From the IMG/VR virus record IMGVR_UViG_3300045988_137032, positions 32,001 through 96,000 of that record: a DNA stretch of 64,000 nt. One strand, given 5' to 3'. Positions 53,370 through 61,500 of the stretch are shown here, in pieces. The position numbers and the translations under genes are program-made. The stretch's first letter is position 1; every line of letters begins with the position of its first letter. The DNA comes from a virus. The notes beneath the pieces are model-generated. The model was not told the DNA's origin. It did not search any database and was given only the letters and a program-made list of their open reading frames with translations.

Positions 53370-54245
53370 ATGAATAAAAATTCACAGGAAGTAATCGCAA
53401 AAATCAGATCTATTTGCGAAAGTAAAGCAGAAGTCACGCTTGCAAAACTCAATGGAGTTGATACAAGCATCATGAAGGGTAAGCTGAAAAGTGCAAAGGA
53501 GCTTACCAAAACTCTTATGGAATCTGAGAGTAAATTCTGGACGGACACAAAAGCTGCTCCGTCTTCCGCTGAGTTTAAAGCCCGGTTTGCTACATTGCTC
53601 ACTGGATACGTCATTTGCAATCTCGATCGATATATCGAGACTTACTATATGACGGTTACTCAGACAGAAGATGGAGAAAGCGTAAACCTGAAAGAACTAA
53701 TGAATGAGATTCTCGATCTCATTCAGGATATGTGCAAATCGGCAGTTAATGGAAGCAGCAGATTCTATGAGGTCATTTATACTCTGGCTGTCGTTGATGT
53801 CGTAGCCAACAAACCCGAATACAAGCGTTATAAGCGTCTCAAGAAGATCAGAGACAGTATGGAGTCTTTGACTCTTCGTCTGACTTCTGATGCAGATGAC
53901 GATGAAACCTTTGGTGGCCTTCTCAGGCTTACCTATGTATTCTGCACAAGAGTTCCTTCTGCAAAGAATGCGAAACTCTATGTGGAAGGGTATGAGTTTA
54001 ATCAGAAGGCTACTACCTATCGCATGATCGAGAAACTTGGCAAAGTTATCGAAGAAACGATTGCCAAGGTTGGTGTTTCCCGTATCTTCTATATCTTCAT
54101 GCAGTGTAATCCTGCGATTACTACTCGGTGGACTAGAGGAGTTGCTACGAACAAAGATCTTGCACTTGGTTGTTTGTCTCTTTCCTATATGAAGTTCCTT
54201 AACAACGGAACTCCCATTGGAGATCTTTGCTTCTGGTTGAAATAA
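53370..54245 (+). CDS. hypothetical protein (291 aa)
   Basis: The ORF starts at 53271 but would then span the promoter-like motif. ATG 53370 follows GAAAGGAGAG. Confidence 0.65.
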   Translation: MNKNSQEVIAKIRSICESKAEVTLAKLNGVDTSIMKGKLKSAKELTKTLMESESKFWTDTKAAPSSAEFKARFATLLTGYVICNLDRYIETYYMTVTQTEDGESVNLKELMNEILDLIQDMCKSAVNGSSRFYEVIYTLAVVDVVANKPEYKRYKRLKKIRDSMESLTLRLTSDADDDETFGGLLRLTYVFCTRVPSAKNAKLYVEGYEFNQKATTYRMIEKLGKVIEETIAKVGVSRIFYIFMQCNPAITTRWTRGVATNKDLALGCLSLSYMKFLNNGTPIGDLCFWLK

Positions 54246-54250
54246 ACCAG

Positions 54251-54296
54251 AAAAGAACCAACGAGTACTATCAAAATACTCGTTGGTTCTTTTTTG
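54251..54296. terminator. bidirectional terminator between convergent genes
   Basis: A 17-bp stem, 54251-54267 / 54278-54294. Confidence 0.8.
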
Positions 54297-54301
54297 TAAT
54301 C

Positions 54302-54703
54302 TTACAGATCGATCGATACGGGATCCATATCCATCTTAGCTGGAGACTTCTGAACTACGCCGTCCTTCTTAATCGTCTTGACGATATCGACATAGATCTT
54401 GTCGTTCTCATCAATATAATTATCGTCCGGCATATCTTCAACGCCCATAACCAGATCACCACGGGGCTTATCCGCATCCGGAGCAAAGTTATTCTTTCTC
54501 CGATAATTCTTCAGAGTAAGCCGCTTCTTCTGCTTACGGTTTTCAGGATTGTGTTCATACACAATACGGCCATTGATCAGAAGCTTGTAAATGGTATTCA
54601 CATCCATAACCACAATAGTGAGGATAGGACCCTGAATACCACCGAGTTCGCTAAAACTACCAGTGCTAGGGACAGTGACCAGTTTAGTATAAACCATAGC
54701 CAT
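54302..54703 (-). CDS. hypothetical protein, ELGGIxGPILT paralogue 2 (133 aa)
   Basis: ELGGIQGPILT, VYEHNPENR, NNFAP. AAAGGAG SD. C-ending codon bias. Confidence 0.7.
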   Translation of the reverse strand: MAMVYTKLVTVPSTGSFSELGGIQGPILTIVVMDVNTIYKLLINGRIVYEHNPENRKQKKRLTLKNYRRKNNFAPDADKPRGDLVMGVEDMPDDNYIDENDKIYVDIVKTIKKDGVVQKSPAKMDMDPVSIDL

Positions 54704-54734
54704 ACTATTTTAGCTCCTTTCATATGACTTTGAA

Positions 54735-54753
54735 TTATAGACTTGTTTCAAGG
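54735..54753 (-). promoter_or_regulatory. promoter-like motif class L (GAAACA variant)
   Basis: The minus strand reads CCTTGAAACAAGTCTATAA, about 35 nt upstream of ATG 54703. Confidence 0.4.
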
Positions 54754-54792
54754 TCATCTAGGGCTGAAAATAGTATGGCTAAATTTATATAA

Positions 54793-56553
54793 TCAGAAAT
54801 CTGGTAATTCTACACTATTTGGATCAAAGCGATCATATTCGCTTCCATCACCAAGTTGATTCATTTCACTATCCTTTTTGGATTTCCCTACCGTAGGACG
54901 AGGTCTTGCATTTCTGGAAGACGGAGGAGTATCCGTAAACGAATTCGCCAAAGACAACTTACTGACGGGTTCTGGCATATAGATATCATCAATAAGACGA
55001 CTTCCTGTTTCATCGTAAGGATGAGTAAAGTAATCAATTTCACTAACAGCGACATGATACTTGGGATCTTTCTTTGTGTTGGTGGAGCGATAACGACGCT
55101 TCAAAAGTTTGAATGTCAGATACTTATCACTCGTATCAGATCTCGTTTCTGTATTGACCACAATGGTAACGTCGCAGTTCTCTTGGATTTCCCAAGCGCC
55201 TGCAATACCATCACGTCCAACCAGACGAGTAACATCGACTCTGTTAGACTGCAATGCGCCATCCACGATAGATGCTGCATTACGATTCAACTGCTGTGCA
55301 GTAATCACTGCAATGTCAAGTTCTTTCGCAATCGTTTTAAGTTCGTTGGTCACATTCTTTAATTCTTCTTTTTCTGTATCCGCTTTCTCAGAGGGACGAA
55401 TTCTCTTCAAGTAGTCGAGGATCAAAGTAACAACTTCTCTTCCATCATCAAATTCATCCTGAATAATCGTACGAAGATCATTCGTATCAATACTTCTATT
55501 CGGATAATACTTAATGACAATATCGATGTTGTTTTTATCAGTCAGAGTCATTTCACCTTCATCCTTGAGCATCTTTACAACCTGCTCAGGACTATAATTA
55601 CGAATATCGGTACTTGATACACGCATAGCAAAAATACGTTCGATGGTCTCATCAATATCATTCTCCATAGTGATGAGCAATACACAAGGAATCTTACCTG
55701 GATGCCGTGCTTTGACATCGGGATTGTATTTTTTGATATCAAGTGCAGATTTCAAAAGAATCTGACTTTTACCACCACCAGGAAGTGCCAGGAAGCAGTA
55801 AAGACGCTTGCTCTGGAAACCAGGTGCAAGCATGTAGTTTAAGAACTGGATACCAGTTCTAAACACACGGTTTTTATCACTTAAATGCGTAACAGCATCG
55901 CTGACAGCATTTGCAAAATTCTCTGTATCAAGAGAGAAAGTATCATTCTGATTCGTTGTATCGGATTTACGCTTGATATTAATAAGCTCTGTTGCTAATC
56001 TGTAGATGATATTCACACACTTTTTGTAGGAGTGATTATCTCCACCTTCCAAATCCATGGAATCCATTGCTTCGAATAACTTGTCACGGAAATACACGAT
56101 GTATCCATAACGGACTCTATCCTGAATACCTTCCAAAAGATATTTGATATCATCCGTGTCCAACTTCACCATGTTATTGGGAATATCATTCAGAAGTTCT
56201 GGAATGAATGGATTATTGTCTTCACATGCATTTCGTTCTGCAACATGCTCTTTCAATACGGTAAACCCGCTTAACTTATACTCAAACTTTCCCTCCAGTG
56301 TATAATAGATAAGTTTCACACGAGCCATTAACTCGTCATTCTTCTTATACACATCATAATCAATCATTTGAAAAAGTCTATACGTAGTCGAAAGAGCTTT
56401 TCGAGTACGTAAGATCGACGGGGTATAAATAAATGAGATGATGGAATTCAAAACATCCATACTCATTTTTATTTTAACGCGCTTCATAGTTACACCGTAG
56501 ATGGTTGTCGTTTCATCTGAGGTGTAAGATTTTTTAGTTTTCTTCGTTGCCAT
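54793..56553 (-). CDS. replicative DNA helicase (DnaB/gp41-like)
   Basis: Walker A LALPGGGKSQILL, Walker B-like CVLLITMEND, ITAQQLNR. ATG 56553 follows AGGAGG (the ORF extends to 56589). Confidence 0.75.
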   Translation of the reverse strand: MATKKTKKSYTSDETTTIYGVTMKRVKIKMSMDVLNSIISFIYTPSILRTRKALSTTYRLFQMIDYDVYKKNDELMARVKLIYYTLEGKFEYKLSGFTVLKEHVAERNACEDNNPFIPELLNDIPNNMVKLDTDDIKYLLEGIQDRVRYGYIVYFRDKLFEAMDSMDLEGGDNHSYKKCVNIIYRLATELINIKRKSDTTNQNDTFSLDTENFANAVSDAVTHLSDKNRVFRTGIQFLNYMLAPGFQSKRLYCFLALPGGGKSQILLKSALDIKKYNPDVKARHPGKIPCVLLITMENDIDETIERIFAMRVSSTDIRNYSPEQVVKMLKDEGEMTLTDKNNIDIVIKYYPNRSIDTNDLRTIIQDEFDDGREVVTLILDYLKRIRPSEKADTEKEELKNVTNELKTIAKELDIAVITAQQLNRNAASIVDGALQSNRVDVTRLVGRDGIAGAWEIQENCDVTIVVNTETRSDTSDKYLTFKLLKRRYRSTNTKKDPKYHVAVSEIDYFTHPYDETGSRLIDDIYMPEPVSKLSLANSFTDTPPSSRNARPRPTVGKSKKDSEMNQLGDGSEYDRFDPNSVELPDF

Positions 56554-56747
56554 GTGAGAGTCCCTCCTAGTTGAATATTTGGGTCGCACTAAGATAATAT
56601 GGAAAACTTTAAGGGAAAATAAGACACACTCTATATACTTTTAAGGAGGGTCTATTAAATCTATCAAAGTGTTACCCGGGGTGTAATAAACCAAAAGTAT
56701 AGTTACTGTATTTACTTCACGTATACTTTTGGTTTATTTTGTATCAG

Positions 56748-56963
56748 TCAGGGAATCACAATACCAATTGCACTCAATGCAGTCTTGATTGCAGTGATGG
56801 TGGTATCATGCTCTTGAAGAATTTTGTAAATCTCTTCTAAGCATGTGACAACTTTCTTTGAATATGTTTCACCAACAGGCTGACCGCTTTTTGAAATCGT
56901 CATTTCCATTACTTTAAGCTCTTGGATCTTGGCATATAAAAGCATCATACTGCCTACGCTCAT
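56748..56963 (-). CDS. hypothetical small protein (71 aa)
   Basis: AAGGAG SD. Confidence 0.55.
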   Translation of the reverse strand: MSVGSMMLLYAKIQELKVMEMTISKSGQPVGETYSKKVVTCLEEIYKILQEHDTTITAIKTALSAIGIVIP

Positions 56964-57000
56964 AATTGCATCTCCTTATTTTTTGATAAGAGAAAAATCA

Positions 57001-57020
57001 TTACAGGATTGTTTTCTGGG
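57001..57020 (-). promoter_or_regulatory. promoter-like motif class L
   Basis: The minus strand reads CCCAGAAAACAATCCTGTAA, about 40 nt upstream of ATG 56963. Confidence 0.4.
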
Positions 57021-57136
57021 CTATTTTATCCGGAGGGGGTGGATAATGAAATTCATTGAGTTTCAATATCCCGGTGACAGTATCCTAACCGATGGTTTTG
57101 AAAGATAAACCTTATAAGAAAGGAATGGTCCTTATT

Positions 57137-60100
57137 ATGAAATCAGTTAAGAAACGTGATAACCGGATAGTGGAATTCGACCGGGAAAAAATCGTCTCTG
57201 CAATCCAGAGAGCATTTATTGAGGTCGATGGTACACTATCCGATTCAGCCAAAAGTATCGCGGAATCTACTGCGACAAAAGTTGCCCTGATCCCTGAAGA
57301 TATGTCTGTGGAACAGATTCAGGATCAGGTGATCTATTCCCTTATGGATACTTCTCGGAAAGATGTTGCAAAAGCATATACGGAGTATCGGTTCAAACAC
57401 AATTTAGCTCGGGATTTCCGTAACACCACCGATCAAGCTATCATGGACCTGCTTGATCACAAGAACGAAGAAATCAATGGTGAGAATTCCAATAAGGATC
57501 CCGAGATCGTTTCTGTTCAGCGTGATTATATCGCTGGTATTACTTCTAAGGATATTACAAAGCGTATTCTGCTTGACGAAGATATTGTGAAAGCCGATGA
57601 AGCTGGTATTATCCATTTCCATGACTCTGACTATTTTGCACAGAATGTGCTTACCAACTGCTCTCTGTGCAATCTGGAGGATATGCTCCAGAATGGTACT
57701 GTCATTAACGGTACAAAAATCGATAAGCCTCACCGTTTTATCACAGCGTCGACTATTGCAACTCAGATCATCACTGCTGTGACATCTTCTCAGTATGGTG
57801 GTATCTCTATTACTCTGACACATCTTGCACCGTTTGTTCGTGAGTCCTATAATCGGTATCTTAGTAAATACCGTAGCTGGGGATTTGATGAGAAGAAAGC
57901 TGCCAAGTATGCTGATCTGGATACTCGTAAGGAAGTTGAAGACGGCTGCCAGACTTTCATCTATCAGGTGAATTCCATGTCTACAACCAATGGCCAGGCT
58001 CCGTTCCTGACTGTCTTTATGTATATCAATGAGACAGAGGAATATCGTGATGAACTGGTAATGCTGATTGAAGAATTCCTCCGTCAGCGTATTCAGGGTA
58101 TGAAGAATGAGCAGGGTGTATGGATTACTCCTGCATTCCCGAAACTCATTTATGTCCTCGATGAGGATAATATTAAGCCTGGCACAAAGTACTGGGACAC
58201 TACAGTTTTAGCTGCTCAATGTACTGCCAAACGCATGGTTCCTGACTATATTTCAGCAAAAGTGATGAAACAGCTGAAGGGGGACGTGTGGCCGTGCATG
58301 GGTTGCTTTGATGCAAAAGAGGTTGTTTCATATCAATTAAATAACGAGTCTCACGTGAGTACTTTTGAGGAAATGTGGAATTCGTTTAAAGGTAGATTTG
58401 ATATGGTATCTCAGGAAACTGGTGTTGCTGGTGATACCTACATGAATCTTACTGGAGTTAAGATTTACGACCATGTGAATGGATGGACTGATTGCAAGCG
58501 TCTTATCCATAATCATCACGATAAGATGCTTCGTGTCGTCTTTACGAATGGTCGTGTAGTTGAAGTCACTCCGAATCATCCGTTCACAGTTGAAACGAAT
58601 TCCAAGACTGAATCTATCGTCTATGCTGAGAAACTCAATGTCGGTGATACGATCAAGATCGATAGTGAGTTCAAGGCATTCAACGAAGATGATCTGAAGG
58701 TATATAATTCTCCGAATGATGAGAAGCCTGCTATTGCAGCAGAGAATTTCGTTATGAATAAGATTCGTGATGATGAACTTCTCACTCTGGATCTTATCTT
58801 CAATTACAAGAAGGATACTCGCCGTGAATTCCTGTATGGTCTGATTCAGACTATGCGTGACGATCTTGAAGTCGTTAAGAAGGAAGAGACTGATCCTCGC
58901 GATGAGAATCGTTCCTTCATCGATGACTATAATAAGACAAAGGTCATCGGCATTCATTATCTTACTAAGGATCGCGCACTGAAGATCATGATGCTTGCTC
59001 AAAGCGTTGATGTTCATGCGGATATTCATGTGGAAGATGAAGAGTCTCGTCATTATCAGGATCTATATAAAGTACAGATTGCTCCTACATACGAACTCAT
59101 TAAGCTCTGCACGAATGATCAGGATTCCTTCTGGGGAGTCTTCAGTGATTCCGTTATGAATGAACTGGAGAACTCTGAGCTGTTCCATCAGGAATATGCT
59201 TGTGTGGAATCCGTCACTCGTCGTTACGAACTTCGTGAAAGCTATGATGTTACGACTGCCTCTGAGCACTTCAGTGCATCCGGCATTTATACTCATAACT
59301 GCCGTAGTTTCCTTACTCCGTATAAAGATCCGAAAACTGGTAAGGGAAAGTATTATGGTAGATTCAACTGTGGTGTCGTAACCATTTCTCTCCCTGATCT
59401 TGCTTTCTCTTCCGGTGGAGACTACGATAAATTCTGGCAGCTCTTTGAAGAGCGTACTGAGCTTTGCCATAGAGCATTGCGTGCACGTATTGATCGTATC
59501 AAGGATACATCTGTTAACGTCGCTCCCATTCTTTGGCGTCATGGCGCATTTGCACGACTTCCTATGGATGCTAAGATCGGCGATATCATGTTTAATGGAT
59601 ATTCTACTATCTCACTTGGATATGCAGGTCTGTATGAGTGTGTCAAGTATATGACTGGTCATTCTCATATGGATAAGGGTATTGGTACTGAATTTGGCCT
59701 TAAGGTCATGCAAGCTTTGAATGATAAGTGTAATCAGTGGAAGACAGCAGAGCATATCGATTATTCTCTGTATGGTACCCCGATTGAGAACACCACTTAC
59801 AAGTTTGCCCGTTGCCTTAAGAAGCGTTTTGGTAATGATATCTTCGTCAAGCTTGATGGTAAAGACCGTGATTACATCACCAATAGCTACCACACAGCAG
59901 TCTTTGAAAAGATCAATCCGTTTGATAAGCTGATTCAGGAAGCTGAATTCCAGAAGCTTTCTCCGGGCGGCGCTATCAGTTATATTGAATGCTCTGATTT
60001 GACTCATAATATTCCTGCTGTTCTTCAGGTCATGCAGTGTATTTATGATAACATCATGTATGCTGAGCTCAATATCAAGTCTGATTATTGCATGTGCTGT

Positions 60101-60215
60101 GGATTTGATGGGGAGATCAAAGTTATTGACGACGGTGGTAAGTTGGTTTGGGAATGCCCGAACTGCGGCAACCGTGATCAGCATAAAATGAGCGTCGCTC
60201 GACGCACTTGTGGAT
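57137..60215 (+). CDS. nrdD: anaerobic ribonucleoside-triphosphate reductase NrdD, exon 1 (contains an in-frame intein)
   Basis: ATP-cone KKRDNRIVEFDREKI. C-terminal Zn ribbon CMCCG..CPNCG. The glycyl-radical motif is cut after RRTCG. The track ORF runs to 60232 (LNYSI*), reading into the intron. Confidence 0.85.
58304..59299 (+). mobile_element. intein (332 aa) in NrdD
   Basis: Starts with Cys (CFDAKEVV). Block B is GRVVEVTPNHPF (TxxH). Ends ..YDVTTASEHFSASGIYTHN, followed by extein Cys. Removal gives VWPCMG-CRSFLTPY (conserved NrdD MGCRSFL). A degenerate LAGLIDADG-like FLYGLIQTMRDD lies in the middle. Confidence 0.85.
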
Positions 60216-60527
60216 TGAATTATTCAATATAGTCCACGTTAAACCTGTTAAACTGCGGGAAGTTCCTTAGAGCTCTAGGTTACCAAGTATAGTTTGGTGA
60301 CAGCTATATGGCTGATTTTAACAGAATCGGATATGGTAAAAAGACTTAGAGATTGGATAATCATCGCATCGAAACTTCTGCGAGTAGAAATACTCGTATG
60401 GATTTATTCCACTTAGGGAAGGACGTTCAACGACTATAATACGGGCGCGCTACTTAGTGACTTCACTAAGCAAGTATGGTATAGTCTACTCCCGTACTTA
60501 AATATCGGGAAACCGAGGGTACAAAGG
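60216..60527 (+). mobile_element. group I self-splicing intron (312 nt, no ORF) in nrdD
   Basis: P1 is GTGGAT (60210-60215) / GTCCAC (60232-60237), with a U-G wobble at the 5' splice site. P10 is AATAT (60226-60230) / exon-2 ATATT (60528-60532). The terminal G is at 60527. P-like ACTGCGGGAAG is at 60252-60262. R-like GTTCAACGACTATA (60425-60438) pairs with S-like ATAGTC (60481-60486) as P7. Confidence 0.85.
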
Positions 60528-60637
60528 ATATTGGAACTCACTTCTGGTCTCAGGGTCGTACCGATGAGATTAGAAACCGTTATGTGCATCTGACAGATAT
60601 TCCTGCTGATGGTGAAGAAGTAGAGGAGACTGAATAA
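60528..60637 (+). CDS. nrdD: NrdD exon 2 (C-terminal 36 codons plus stop)
   Basis: Joining T60215 to AT60528-9 makes a TAT (Tyr) codon. This restores RRTCG-YIGTHFWSQGRTDEIRNRYVHL.., which matches the conserved RxCGY(L/I)G...GK..E...R..H tail. Confidence 0.8.
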
Positions 60638-60638
60638 T

Positions 60639-61319
60639 ATGCGATATGCATCTATCCGAGAAATGGATATTAGCAATGGTTATGGTGTTGGTGTATCTTT
60701 CTTTACTCAAGGATGCCACTTCCACTGTAAGAATTGCTTTAATCAACAGACATGGGATTTCAATGGTGGTAAAGAATACACCAATGAAACGGAAGTAAAG
60801 ATCCGTTCCCTTGTTGATAGACCTTATATCCATAGATTCTCCGTTTTAGGTGGAGAACCTCTGGAATGGTGTAATATCTACGATTTGACAAATCTTCTCC
60901 TTCACATCAAAGAAGATGCTGATCTTACTTATAAGAAAATGGATGTCTGGCTTTATACCGGATATTCCCTTACCGATATTATTTGGAAAGCACTTTTACA
61001 GTTTAATCCACCACAGAAGCCGAAATCCAACTATACTACGGATGATAAAGAAGCTCAGATTATGAGTATGCTGTATTTCGTAGATCATTTGGTTGACGGT
61101 CAGTATGAAGAAGATAAGAAAGATTTTCATTTGAAATTCTGTGGAAGCAGCAACCAGAGAATTATTGATATGAAGAAAACCCATTATAATTATATGAATG
61201 ACGAAGTGATGTGCTACGTTCGTGGAAATCATAATTCAATGAATGCAGCTCAAATCCAGAATGTTATCGATTATATCAACAAGGAAGTAATCGTAACTAT
61301 TCCACAGGAATCGTTGTGA
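60639..61319 (+). CDS. nrdG: anaerobic RNR activating protein NrdG (radical SAM)
   Basis: FTQGCHFHCKNCFN (CxxxCxxC). Starts 1 nt after the nrdD stop. Confidence 0.9.
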   Translation: MRYASIREMDISNGYGVGVSFFTQGCHFHCKNCFNQQTWDFNGGKEYTNETEVKIRSLVDRPYIHRFSVLGGEPLEWCNIYDLTNLLLHIKEDADLTYKKMDVWLYTGYSLTDIIWKALLQFNPPQKPKSNYTTDDKEAQIMSMLYFVDHLVDGQYEEDKKDFHLKFCGSSNQRIIDMKKTHYNYMNDEVMCYVRGNHNSMNAAQIQNVIDYINKEVIVTIPQESL

Positions 61320-61367
61320 TGGGTAATGGTTTTTTCTATTCATAAAACTTTCTCCTTGTTGTAATAC

Positions 61368-61418
61368 AAGAATCCGAGCTAGTAATGACCGCACATCATA
61401 CTAGCTCGGATTCTTCAT
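61368..61418 (+). terminator. rho-independent terminator
   Basis: A 17-bp stem, 61368-61384 / 61399-61415. The T-run is weak. Confidence 0.65.
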
Positions 61419-61440
61419 TGCCAGGATCATAGAAATACCA

Positions 61441-61460
61441 CCTGAAAACAAACTCTTAAG
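61441..61460 (+). promoter_or_regulatory. promoter-like motif class L
   Basis: CCTGAAAACAAACTCTTAAG, 43 nt before ATG 61501. Confidence 0.55.
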
Positions 61461-61500
61461 CCTTTAAAATTACGTAATTTAGAAAGGAGATACGAGATAA

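Noticed and set aside
57092-57136. The upstream ATGs of the nrdD ORF (57092, 57125). Similar N-terminal extensions occur in track ORFs at 53271, 47116, 32789, 10150, 56589, 15394 and 52933.
   Set aside because: The extensions lack an SD at proper spacing and in some cases run across promoter-like motifs or the end of the upstream gene. Internal ATGs with a GGAGG/AAAGGA SD 7-12 nt upstream were preferred.
60216-60232. The C-terminal LNYSI* extension of the track ORF 57092-60232.
   Set aside because: It results from read-through into the group I intron. The true reading frame resumes at 60528 after splicing.
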